Assembly: GCA_010909165.1 (NCBI GenBank)
Contig: MU008150.1
Location: 310,001-374,000 of the forward strand
Length of the DNA: 64,000 bases
Direction: 5' to 3'
DNA from: Anthoceros angustus
Lineage: Eukaryota > Plantae > Anthocerotophyta
This document shows, piece by piece, positions 1-11,529 of this stretch (its first letter is position 1; each line of letters begins with the position of its first letter). Below the pieces are notes generated by a model that ran no database searches, had not been told where the DNA came from, and worked only from the letters and a program-made list of their open reading frames with translations. The translations under genes were made by a program, and so were the position numbers.

Positions 1-300
1 TGACGGAGGCCCGGGGGAGTGACGAGAAATGACACAAAGGGACCCTAAACCCGTGCCTATGTTGAGCCCCTTATGCAGCACGATGCACAAGCCTTACTTC
101 CATGTTGTAGCCACGGTGCATGAGAAGCAGGCGCAGCAGGCGAGGCCTTGGTGAGAGCGAACCACTGTGAACCAAGCCCCATCGCCCAAAAATTTGTGTC
201 TTGGTCGCGTGTTAACATGTATGTGTGGTCATCGGAATCTTGAAACCCTAAAGAACAAAACATCTCCATGACACAATGGGAATACCAGACTCTCTTTAAG
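1..300 (+). repeat. Fragment of a modular dispersed repeat family also present at 61140-61240, 62330-62480 and 62660-62940
   Basis: Shared blocks: gacacaaa(g/t)ggaccctaaacc(c)gtgcct (25-60 vs 62685 and 62905); aagccttac(t/c)tccatgttgta(g/c)ccacggtg (90-120 vs 62340); taacatgtatgtgtggt..atctt(g/a)aaaccctaaa (210-255 vs 61165-61205). Confidence 0.7.
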
Positions 301-554
301 CTTAATGATTTCACATTTCTGTAGATAAATGATTTTACTAGAGAGTTTCTTGGTTATAGACAAGCATTTTAGCCAATCTTATATATATGGCCATCACAGG
401 CTGCAATCCATGAGTATGTGTGCTGCCACATGGGTGCATATATGTGGAACGCAGGGGGCCCTTGCAAGGTTCTTGGCCTTTGTGAAAATTCTTTGTTTTT
501 GCAACTAGGTGGGATGATCTTGAAAGTGGTAACTCATGAGGTATGATGTTCATA

Positions 555-708
555 TACTAAGTAGTAATTGGGGTGTAAACTCTATAAGTCATTATGATAG
601 TTTGAAGTTGAGAACCGCTAATTGCTTTTAGCTGCTTGAGAACTTAAGAAACATGAGATTTTAAATCACTATGCAATGATAAATATCTACAATGATAAAT
701 ATCTACTA
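555..708 (+). repeat. Outer left arm of a long inverted repeat pairing with 6440-6572
   Basis: 595-708 (tttgaagttgaga...tgcttgagaacttaagaaacatgaga...ataaatatctactac) is the reverse complement of 6445-6540; similarity weakens outward to about 555/6572. Confidence 0.8.
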
Positions 709-819
709 CAGACTAATTGGAACTATTGAACCTCAGCTATTAGGCAGGTGTAACTGTGTTGAGCGTTTTAATCTAATCTATTTTATTTATTTTGATCATT
801 ATTTAAAATATTACCCTTT

Positions 820-935
<116 letters not shown>

Positions 936-940
936 CACAG

Positions 941-2700
941 ACTTTATAAATATGCGAGATGGAAAGTCCCATCTTTGGCGAGACTTCCCAATCTTAGGGG
1001 CCATGCGATAATAGAGGTTGGAAGGAGACCCATAAAAGGAGCGGACAAAGGGAATAAGGCTGGCCAACTGCCCACCTGTGTTCTTGAGCTCGTCGAAGAT
1101 GGCCGACCGTGAGACAAAGTTAAAGGCATTCTCCACGTCGACCTGAAGAGCAACCCAATTAGGGTGGGTCTCGAGAACCGCCTCCACCCCAAAAGCCACA
1201 GACTCGCAGCCCCCCGGCGTTGCAATCCCAAACTGATAAGGACTAAGATGGGCCTAGAACTGCTCCCGGAGCTGGATGGCAATACTACGACCAATAAGCC
1301 GCAGAAACGCCTCCCCGACAGCGATAGGATGCACCCCAGGGGTGGGCTCCTCCATCGCTAACAACCTGCTTGCACCCAACACTTGAGAGATCCGAGGAGA
1401 AGTCTCCCCCCTCGCCACAGCGGCAGCCAAAAGAAACAGCTCAGAAAAACCGCTAGAAGGATCCTCAGGAGTAAAATGGTCCCGAAGGTGGTCATATACC
1501 ATTCCAGACAGGCCAGCAAGAGGCGGCGGGGCGGTGGAGCAGCCTGTCAAGCAGAAGAGCTTCTGGGACAAAGTCCGAATATCACAGCAAGTGGAGCTCC
1601 TTGGGCCCGGATGAAGGGCGCGAAGGGCAGCAATGGTCTCCTCGGAGGCAGCCGCCATCGGCACCGGGCGAAGAGCCTGAGCCGCCCTAGCATACTCCCC
1701 AGTGCGACCCAGTAGGAGGCACCGTTTGAGACACACCTTTGCAGGGTCCGGACGAACCTGATCCACCTTTGCAGAATCCAACCGAGACCTCGCTGCGCGC
1801 CCGGCCTCCTCCTGCAAAAGCTCCCAATCCCTCGCCGGAAGCAGCGAGGCGGAGGCAACCTCCGATGCGGAAAAACCACCAGGGGCGGCGGAGACACCAC
1901 CAGGAGAAATAGGAACAAGGCCCAGGCAGCCTCGTCCCCCGGGTCCTGTGCAAGGCGGTCCAAGGGAAGGTGATAGGCAAGGCGGACATCGTCCTGAAGG
2001 CGCCGCGGGAGGCGCCGAAAAAGGCGCGGACGCGGGAAGCGCGCTTCGTACAAAGCCAAAAGATAATCAGACTGCCCTTGAAGCCATAGCCAAGACTCCG
2101 GAGGGGGCCCAAGAGGGGTACTTGGGGCCATTGGGACAGCATTGGAAGTAGACGAAAATGCAAGTCGCAGCTGAGCCTCCTAAGTCGTCCGATCAAAATC
2201 CTTGTGGACCCGACCAATGTGGTTCCTGACCCCGCGAGGCTTGAATAATTTCCCACACACGGGACATGGAGTATCCCTCACAGGGACGGGAGAAGAGGGC
2301 CCCATGCATCGAAAAAAGAAAAACCTAAAAAATTCCACCCCACAGCACCGACCGCCGAAAAACGCACCCACCTAGTGACCTGGATAAAAAGCTAACCGCT
2401 AACCACCGCCGGAAATGCGACATGGGCACGGACCCGAGCTGCGATGCCAAACTTGGGCCGGAGCCTGCGGCAGGCGTGAGCCCGGGCCCGGGCGATCCCG
2501 CGCACAATCCCTCCTTGTTTGCGCGTGGACAGGACCAGCAGGGGCACCGCCGATGGGAACACCCGCCGGGCGGGGCCGGTGACACCCGAGCTTCGCCCGG
2601 CGGCATGGCCAGATGACACCTAGCCCAGACACGGACACCCACCCCTCGCTTCACACACCATGCCGGTCCTCCGCTGGCCGTGCTCCTCCACGGCCTCTTA
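941..2700 (-). mobile_element. CRE-clade (RLE-type) non-LTR retrotransposon, copy 1, internally deleted pseudogene
   Basis: N-terminal C2H2 finger CPVCGKLFKPRGVRNHIGRVH (about 2200-2280). RT motifs PGVHPIAVGEAFLRL, QFGIATPGGCE and LQVDVENAFNFVSR (1100-1400) are characteristic of CRE/Cnl1/MoTeR-like RTs. RT breaks at about 995 and joins a short 3' terminus homologous to copies 2 and 3. Confidence 0.85.
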
Positions 2701-2706
2701 TGCAGT

Positions 2707-2918
2707 GGGGCAGGGGCAAGGGCAAGGCAAGGGCAGGGGCAGGGGCAAGGGCAAGGGCAGGGGCAGGGGCAAGGGCAGGGGCAAGGGCAGGGGCAAGGGC
2801 AGGGGCAAGGGCAAGGGCAAGGGCAAGGGCAAGGGCAAGGGCAAGGGCAAGGGCAAGGGCAAGGGCAAGGGCAAGGGCAAGGGCAAGGGCAAGGGCAAGG
2901 GCAAGGGTCAAACCCTTG
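2707..2918 (+). repeat. (GGGCAA/GGGCAG)n hexamer array ending in a CAAGGGT-CAA-ACCCTTG hairpin
   Basis: About 200 bp seen directly; mixed GGGGCAA/GGGCAG units on the left, pure GGGCAA on the right. Confidence 0.97.
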
Positions 2919-3329
2919 GTCTCCTACTTTACTACTACTTAAACTATGGGTTCTAAATTACAATTATCTAGTGAGGGATATATTCTTACTTTGTACCTTT
3001 TGTGATTGAGTCTTCCAATGGACAAATGGATTGAATTAAGCCCATGATGATAATAATTAATAATAAATAGGAGAATATTGTGGGTAGGCATGGGAGGGAA
3101 TTCAAGAGCTTGTGCTCGGAGGCGACTGGTCTTGCGACATGAATGCGGCATAGGTCTCTCATCTATCCTATATCTCATTGTCCTATATCTCATTTATAAA
3201 ATTTCCAATGAAGAGGGCCGACAGACCTAAGAGGAGGGCCGAGTATACTAGGTCTGTACCTACATATACGTATGTAGTTTTGAGATGGGTTCACCCATCT
3301 CTTTCTCCATAATATAAAAACTTCTTTTG

Positions 3330-3520
3330 TTTTGAGATAGGTAGGCTGATTCACAAGGGCCTACAGATCCCTTATCCATTTAACGCTTGGGTTAGGAGCA
3401 GCAACACGTGAGGATTCCATAGTCGAAGGTGATGCGTCTCTGGCGAGCTCCCGCCTGCCGCTGAAGACAAAGAGGCGGCACAATAGAGACGTATGTGCAG
3501 GGGAGGTTGAGTGAAGAACA
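3330..3520 (+). repeat. Inner left arm of the inverted repeat, forming the promoter/5' leader of TOC34
   Basis: agggcctacag...gcagcaacacgtgaggattccatagtcgaag...ctcccgcctgc...gacgtatgt...gaggttgagtg matches the reverse complement of 6230-6440; the ORF-track peptides at 3372(-) and 6229(+) are visibly homologous (PETHHLRLWNPHVLL vs PETHLFRLWNSHVLL). Confidence 0.85.
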
Positions 3521-3546
3521 TCTGCATGAGATCGGGCTCCCTCGCG

Positions 3547-5485
3547 ATGGCGGGGCCGGCGGTGAGGGAGTGGACCGGGCTGCAGCAGTTCCCCGTGGCC
3601 ACGCAGACGGCGCTGCATGGTCTGCTCGGCAAGCTCCGGCAAGAGGTGCGGGGAGAGCGGATGAATGCATGGAAATCTGTACTTCATGTGCTCATGTGTC
3701 CATAGGGGGATTCATGTAACCTGCATTGTCACGGCGGCGGGTTGCTTGGCGCAGTTTGTGAATTTGAGCACGGCAGGGTGGGATTTTTGCAGAATGTGGA
3801 TACTCTCACCGTCCTCGTACTGGGAAAGGGCGGAGTTGGCAAGAGCTCGACTGTTAACTCCATGGTCGGGGAGAGAGTTACTGTGGCAAGTGCGTTTCAG
3901 GTGAGGCCCTAGTGCCTGCGACTCCGTTTGGTAAATGAAATGGGCAGGGATTTGTGAAAGTTTCTGACACGTGACCACGTCTGCATGTGCGTGCTGTGAT
4001 ATTCCAGGCAGAGACTCTGAGGCCGATTATGTGTTCTCGGTCAAGGGCAGGATTCACCTTGAACATCGTTGATACCCCCGGTTTGGTTGAAGGTGGCTGC
4101 GTGAATGATCAAGCCATGGATGTCATTAGAAAGTACTACTTTCTTCACCACTCGTGACAGGTCGTGAGGGACTTTTGGGTGTAGCTTAGCCATGCATACT
4201 TATGGGAATGGTAGTAGGGAATGTAGTCTGCATGGCTGTGGGCATTTGGTAACCTTCACACAAGGGTCTTGAGGACAGTTTTTGAGAGAAGCAGCACTGG
4301 TATTCGTACCGAGGGGCCAACTTTTTGCCAGTCGTTTGGCTCTCTACTGAAAATTCCTTCACTCCTAGATTTTTTGCGTAGTTCCTCCTGTGTTTGGGTA
4401 TGACATTATTTTGCTTTCTCTAGTTTTTTCGTACGCTGTTAACATGCAACATGCCCTTGGGCTTGCAGGTTTCTAGTGGATAAGACCATCGATGTGCTGC
4501 TTTTTGTTGATCGGCTTGATGGATACCGGGTCGATAGTCTGGATAGACAAGTAATAAGGGCCATTGCCCGCGCGTTCGGGCCTCAGATTTGGCGATTGGG
4601 GACGATAGTTCTCACCCATGCGCAATTTTCCCCGCCAGATGGAGTGAGTTACAAAGAATATGTGGCAAAGAGGTCTTCTGCTTTGGAGGCAGCCATCAGG
4701 CAAGAGGCAGGGTTCAAGAAGCATGAGCCTGAGGTGAGATTTTTGAGCTTGCAAACTTGTGCTTGACCATCGGTCTGTCAGGTCTGTGTTTGTGTTGCAG
4801 AGTGTGATGTGCTGCTAAGGTTTTCTGATCTGTTGTCAGGTACCTACAGTTCTGGTGGAGAACAGTAATCGATGTTCAACGAATGCAGAGGAGAGAAGGT
4901 AAGACTTTTCCTTGTATTTTGCTTGTATCTTGTACTGTGATGTGGGCGAGGGTTCAAAGTGGTCAATTCCAACGCTGCAACAAATGATACAGGTTCTGCC
5001 AGATGATACGGTCTGGCTTCCTCGGCTTGTGGAGCAAATCGTGGACATTGTGTCGAACGATACACCATCTTTGCTTATAAACAAGAAGCTGATAGAGGGC
5101 CCCAACGCAAATAAAAGGGAAAGATTTGGATCCCTCTAATTCTTGCTGCCCAGGTAATTTTCGTGCAGCAGCAGTAGATCGTTCCTCCTGCTCTTGAGCT
5201 GAAAGTTTTGTGTCAGCTGGAGCTAATGTGTCAGCCTTGGTGCTTGCAGTTTTCTTTATTTTGAACCCTATTCGCAAAGCTATCCAGAAAGACATAGAAA
5301 ACGAGAGGCGATTTAGGCCTGCCTGGGAGGTGCGAGCGGAACAGCATATGCGCAGCTCGCTTCTAGAAGAGGAGCAGGCTGGGGAGCAAGCTCTTTCGGA
5401 GGCATTCAAGCAGGATGATGACCTTGACCTTGCCGATCAGCTGGAAGACGATGACGATGACGTAGACTTCGGTGACGAGGACTGA
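3547..5485 (+). CDS. TOC34: Chloroplast outer-envelope translocon GTPase TOC34 (about 7 exons, one apparent 1-nt frameshift at 5117-5119)
   Basis: Spliced translation: MAGPAVREWTGLQQFPVATQ, LTVLVLGKGGVGKSSTVNS (P-loop), IVDTPGLVEGG, DVLLFVDRLDGYRVDSLD, IVLTHAQFSPPDG, LVENS, TM segment WIPLILAAQ-FFILNPIRKAI, then an acidic tail. GT-AG boundaries are visible. Confidence 0.95.
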
Positions 5486-6229
5486 AAGGGAATGGAGACC
5501 GGTCAGCCCGGTCATGAAGTGCTGCAGCAAGTGCCTGTCGAGCTCTGAGTTGATTTTGCAGGGCACACAAAGTTTTGGCCCTATTCAGTATCGGGGGGTG
5601 GCAGTGAGGATGTATGCAGTCTCTTCCTTGCTCCGCGGGATATCATTCTTGGTCGTGGACAGTCCATGACTTCGAGATTGGAGTCGAACACTTTTCGAGG
5701 ACAAGCGAGGAAGTTATATGTACTATTGAACACAAGCGCAGTGTGAATCAAAGTTTACCGGCATTGGTTGTTTTTAGATAGCCTCGTCCGTTTCACCCCG
5801 TCCAACTTCAATTCATGGTTGCAGCGAGTTTCGAATGAAAACACTTATTTCTCGACAGACCGGCTCGATTCAAAACTCCGGAGCGCGGACAGGAAGCTCT
5901 TGTTTCTACATGGATGCTACGAGAGACGCATCTTAGTGACACCGCATCTTACTGATACCACAGATACATGGTTGATGGATGAAGTGCAGCAGATGTAGTA
6001 ACACTCACCGAATTTGCAGGAGATATAGCAACACTCGATGAATCTACAGCTACAGAAACGATCGCTGATCATAAATCGATTGCAGCAAATGACAAAACGA
6101 TGGTGGAACATAAGTCTGCATTCATGATTCTGTCGAGATAGGAAGGGAAGGGGTAATATCTTTGGTTATATCGAGAGGGATCAAGAAATGGATGGCTTTC
6201 GACACTTCGCCGTTCATCTTCCCGCCTTA

Positions 6230-6572
6230 TGCAGCTGCTCCACACTCAACCTCTCGCTTGGACATACGTCTGTGCTCATGCCCGGTCTGTCAAATCTTTA
6301 GGAGCAGGCGGGAGCGCGCCGGAGACCCATCTCTTTCGACTGTGGAATTCTCACGTGTTGCTGCCCATAGCCAAGCGTCTTAACGTAAGGAGACCTGTAG
6401 GCCCTAATTATGAGGCCAGCCGAACTATCTCAAACTATGTACATAGTAGTAAATATTTATGGTGAGTTTAAGTCTCATGTTTCTTAAGTTCTCAAGCATA
6501 TAGAAATAGTCAACATCTCTCAACTTCAAATTGTCATCATGGTTTTGGAACTAGGTTACCATACTAATAGTG
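6230..6572 (-). repeat. Right arm of the inverted repeat enclosing TOC34 (contiguous, about 310-340 bp)
   Basis: Its reverse complement aligns with 595-708 followed by 3330-3520. The outermost bases TAGTG (6568-6572) read CACTA on the minus strand. Confidence 0.8.
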
Positions 6573-7297
6573 CTATTAATTCAATGGAGCAACACAACTT
6601 GCTCATTCTCAAACCAAAAGCATTACAAGTGGAGGTAGCTATTGATAATATGTGTGTGATTCCATAGGGTTTCAAGGATCAACTTATAATGGTAGGTAAA
6701 TCAAAACAACCATCGTCATATGTTAGTATAAACACTTGAATTTTTGGAATGATAAAAATATTGGTATTTATTTTAAAAAATTATTGTTTCCTAATACCTT
6801 ATATAATATTCTATGTTACATGGTTTTGGAACTAGGTTACCATAGAGCAGTTGACCGCTATAACCAACTATATGTAGGTTGTACCCTGCAAAGTTTGGTT
6901 CACTATTAAAAGTGATAGTTAGTCATCAAGAGTGACCAACTCACTAAAGGTCAAAGAGACTTGAGGTAGCCAAATTAAAGTTCTTGTTCCCATGATATTT
7001 ACTTCCCATCAAATAGTAATTGGGTTTATCTCCTCAATAAAAGGCTTCATTATATTCACTTCTTTATGGAGAACTATTTTATTTATACCATTCTTTTTCT
7101 CAATTGATCATAGCATACTTTCAAAAATTTTGCATCTTTGACAAATTTGCTAGACAATAACTCCACAAGAATGTTAAGCATTTATGTTCTATGAAATAAA
7201 ATTTTATAGCAGTTTGTTTGAGTAGGCATGGAGTGAAGAGCATTAAGGGATGTGAGAACAATTATTTAGTGTTAGATGAGCTGAAGGACTATTCATT

Positions 7298-8660
7298 ATG
7301 GGGTTGAAACATCAACCACCATTTCCCGCATCAAGACGTACTCCATCTTTAGACTCATCACCATCTTTTCATAGTTGTTCATCAGCTATTTCACCTAGCA
7401 ATACTCCGGGACCTTCCACATCAGGATCATCCCGATATATGAATTTTCCACAATACTATGTGAATAGTCCAACACGAAGTTCGATATTCTCAGCTCATGA
7501 ATATGATGATTGCAAAGTACCAGTTTTTGAAAAAGTCACCCCTTGCTCCACTGCACCCTCATCTCCAGCATCAGGAAGAACAGGCTCTTCTAGAGGATTA
7601 TTTCCTTACAGCGTAGCAGGTGAACTTTCATTGATTTCCTTCATAACAAAATTTGGATTGTAAAATAGTTAAGTGCCTTGGATATCATTGGACTTATGTC
7701 CTCAAAACTTTTGTGCAGGATATCCTCATAAGACAACTGGAAAAGTTCAAAGTGCTCGCCCAATTGGCCCTCGTGTTTCAAGAAGCTCTCGTCCAGGCTA
7801 TAAATGTGAAACTCTGCACGAAAATTCTATATTGGAAGTTAAATCAGTAAAAACAGAGAATGAACATGAAGATCGAGAAGAGCTTTCAAAAGCATTAGTG
7901 TTTTGGTCTTGGATTATAGGCTCTTCAATTATCTCTCTCACTATTTTTACTTGCATCATTTTGTGGATAGTATGCAAACCTCACCCTCCCCGACTCTCGT
8001 TAAAGGTAAGCACATATCCTCTTATATAAGATAAGCTAAAATGCTTGTTTGGAACAGAAAAATTCTCTAATAAACTCATTTATCTATAGGAGTTTGAAAT
8101 CATCAAGCTTGAAGAGCGGCAATCTTTTGATGAAAGAGGAGTTCCCACAACACTTGTCAACTTAGATGCAAATGTCATTTTCAATCTTTACAATCCTTCA
8201 AAGTATTTTGAAATGCATTTTGATATTATACCAATCACTCTTTCATACTCAAAAGTACCCATAGGGAATGGACAGGTATACATCAATTTAAGTCCACAAA
8301 AAAATATACATCAATTTAAGTCCACAAAAAAAAAGTTGCTTCAGTGTAAATATTTTCAAGTCAACATCTTTTTGGTATGGTCTTTGACAGATTCATGCTT
8401 ACAAAGAAAGCAAACAAAATGGAAGAAATGTAAAGCTAGCTATTGGAAGTGAAAATACTCCCTTATATGGAGCTGCACCTAGTTTTGATTACTTTAGAGC
8501 TAATGATTCATACATTCCTTTACATCTCTCTACTTCTTTAAATAGTCATGTTGACATTGTTTGGCATTTGATGAAAGCTCACTTCAATAGTGAGCATGAT
8601 TGTGAGATTATGGTTAACCCTCACAATTTTAAATTCTTAAAAAGTTCATGTACTAAATAA
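7298..8660 (+). CDS. LEA_2 / NDR1-HIN1-like membrane protein (4 exons), strongly AT-rich
   Basis: Ser/Pro-rich N-terminus, one TM helix (LVFWSWIIGSSIISLTIFTCIILWIVCKPHPP), then ERGVPTTLVNL..NLYNPSKYFEMHF..PITLSY and TPLYGAAPSF..IPLHL..DCEI, matching the plant LEA_2 hydroxyproline-rich glycoprotein family. Exons about 7298-7619, 7719-8004, 8090-8275 and 8389-8660 with GT-AG ends. Confidence 0.85.
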
Positions 8661-8772
8661 AATAATTAAAAATAGAATAAATAAGAATAAATGAAAATAT
8701 CTCTGAACGAAACATCTTACAATTTATAAATAAGACAGGAACTACAACAATCTACCAAATCAGGAAAACTTA

Positions 8773-8870
8773 ACATGTTCTTGGGAGCTGGAATTTTGAC
8801 ATAGAGAGTCTCCCACTAACATGTTCTTGAGAGCTGGAATTCTCACATAGAGAGACACCTGCAGTAATCA
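8773..8870 (+). repeat. Two-copy ~47 bp tandem repeat
   Basis: aacatgttcttg(g/a)gagctggaatt(t/c)t(g/c)acatagagag occurs twice in tandem. Confidence 0.8.
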
Positions 8871-9179
8871 ATAAAGGTTCTAGTTGGCAAAAAAACCCCA
8901 ATACATTCAATAGAGGTTTTAGTTGGCAAAGGTTCCGGAATTTTGATGGTTGTTGAGAGCATATTGGGCTCATACCACTGCCCCATTAAGAACAAGATTA
9001 AATAAAATGTTTCAATAAAGGTTCCTAATTTTTCATAAAGATCTTTTTTTATTATGTTCATACCTTGATTTTAGCTTAGATTGAACTGAAAATATAGGTA
9101 TATTAGGATATGTATTAAAAAAAGATATTTGGAAGAAAGCCAGAATTCCAACCCACCATCCACCTCCCTCCTTATATAC

Positions 9180-11160
9180 TGTCGCGACAATTTTCAAAAC
9201 CCCAAAGGCCAAGGACAAAACCTCTAGCTGTCCGAAGGCCAAGGACTCAACACACCGTCAGATTTCACAAAAACATCAGCCGTTCTTCATCTGCCAAAGG
9301 CCAAGGAAAGAAAATTGATGGCCATGCACCAGGGGGTTAGTCTGCTATCACGCTATGCCCTAAAGCGCCGCCACCGCCCAGACCCAAAAAAAATTCAAGG
9401 CCAAGGATGATGCCCGATTTTCCACAGCTCCAAGTGCCAAGGAGAATCCTCCTTTATATGCCTTGCATGCGCTCCCTCCAGTCCTCTTGTTGCGCCTGAA
9501 TCCTTCGCAGATCGCTAAGGGATGGCGGTGGCACCATGCAAATCTTCGGCCCTCGTCCGGAGTAGAAGTTTACTCCCGTTGCATGCGGAGAGTGGTGGCC
9601 GACGTGGCCGGAGTAATCAAGGCTGCCATTTCAGGCTGCACCGATCCTCGATCTGAGTTCGGGATTCGTGAATCCGCCTCGCATCGTAAGTCCTCCGACC
9701 CTCCCTCCTTTTGATCTAGCCGTTGGACCCCTCCTTAGGTCCGGTTCCCCTCCGTTCCGTCCATCCCATCGGGGGATTGACATCCTATCCTCCCGCTTCT
9801 CGTATGGCCATCTTCTCATTGCTACCTTCCCGTCAACAACCTCTCGGTAAGAAAAAGAAAAAAAAGAAAAAAGAAACCTAACTAATATGAACAAAACTAT
9901 GAGGCATCCGCCTCTTCTCTAACCATGGACCCAAAATTCGGCATGTTCCGGCAGTGGCACAACCATCCTGGCTGCATTATTGAGTGGTTGAAACTGCGTT
10001 GCCATCAAAGTGGACATGAGATGCGGGGGGTACATTCCCCAGCGCATTCATGGGTTTGAGGTTTTACCAAATGGCCATTTGAGGTTTTACCAAATGGCCA
10101 AATGGCCATGGAGAGGAGGAGCTTACATTCGAACTGCATGGACGAGGATCCTCGCAGTTTTGGGCAAAGGAAGTGTGCATTAGTGACACAGACTGCATGA
10201 AAGCCCAGATTGTGTCCTTATGGTCGAGAAGGAAGAGATTGAGCGACGATGACACTTTGGAACAAGGACAAACGACTTTGGATGCTGCTTGGGGAAACAC
10301 TGAGGCGAGCGATGACTAGGGAGATGACGTTATGCGCGATTCTCTTGCATTGGAGGAAATCGATACATTCGAAGACGATACTAGGAATACTTTGCGTAAT
10401 GTTGCTGTAGTATTGGATTCGTGAATCCGCCTCGCCACGTAAGTCCTCCGACCCTCCTCCTTTGATCTAGCCGTTGGACCCTCCTTGGGTCCGGTTCCCC
10501 TCCGTTCGTCCATCCCATCGGGAGTTGACATCTATCCTCCCGCTTCGTATGGCCATCTTCTCATTGCTACCTTAAAAGTCAACAACCTCTCGGTAAGAAA
10601 AAGAAAAAAAAGAAAAAAGAAACCTAACTAATATGAACAAAACTATGAGGCATCCGCCTCTTCTCTAACCATGGACCCAAAATTCGGCATGTTCCGGCAG
10701 TGGCACAACCATCCTGGCTGCATTATTGAGTGGTTGAAACTGCGTTGCCATCAAAGTGGACATGAGATGCGGGGGGTACATTCCCCAGCGCATTCATGGG
10801 TTTGAGGTTTTACCAAATGGCCATTTGAGGTTTTACCAAATGGCCAAAATGTATGGAGAGGAGGAGTTTACATTGACGCATGGACGAGGATCCTCGTGAT
10901 TTTGGGCAAAAAGTGTGCATTAGTGACATGCATCGCATGAAAGCCAGTTGTGTCCTTATGGTCGAGGAAGGAAGAGATTGAGCGATGACACTTTGGAACA
11001 AGGACAAACGACTTTGGATGCTGCTTGGGGAAACACTGAGGCGAGCGATGACTAGGGAGATGACGTTATGCGCGATTCTCTTGCATTGGAGGAAATCGAT
11101 ACATTCGAAGACGATACTAGGAATACTTTGCGTAATGTTGCTGTAGTATTGGATTCGGTG
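9180..11160 (+). mobile_element. Candidate LTR/leader region upstream of Gypsy pol, containing a ~755 bp tandem duplication (9665-10420 / 10421-11157)
   Basis: Sharp AT-to-GC shift at TGTCGCGACA (9180), repeated AAGGCCAAGGA motifs, and a duplication junction at GGATTCG microhomology. The LTR assignment is inference; no second LTR was seen. Confidence 0.45.
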
Positions 11161-11529
11161 TTGGCGTAGGAGCCGGTTTCGTCTTCGCTTGGCGGAGAGT
11201 AGTTTGGTAACTTCGTAGTGTGCACATTTTCCGAGAACTATTCTGCTACTGTGCCTATAGGCTTTTACTGCATTTGCTCAACATTTTTGTGCTATAGTGG
11301 GTTTCAGCTTCCATGCCCGTGTACAAAATTGCAGATAAGGCGCTGCCGGCCGGCAGTCTCAACTACTTCTGCAGTCTCGCTTGCTTTTGGACGCTGGATC
11401 TGGCAATCCATGCGCACGTTTTATGGTCATGTTTGCAACGTCTCACCTCAAATAGGGGATAATCGGCCGGTACGCAATTGGACAAGAGGGTCCACCCCTC
11501 TTCTAAGGGGGTTTGTATATTAACCCCAT

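Noticed and set aside
2613-3009. ORFs encoding poly-GQ, GK, AR, PL and AL peptides
   Set aside because: They are translations of the hexamer array in all six frames, with no coding evidence.
5917-6220. Cys-rich minus-strand ORF downstream of the right inverted-repeat arm
   Set aside because: The nearest ATG to the arm gives only a ~31-aa frame, and the Cys-rich frame lacks a signal peptide or defined spacing.
11160-11182. TGGCGTAGGAGCCGGTTTCG as a tRNA primer-binding site
   Set aside because: The implied tRNA would have a 6-bp acceptor strand, and it is not preceded by a clear LTR CA end.
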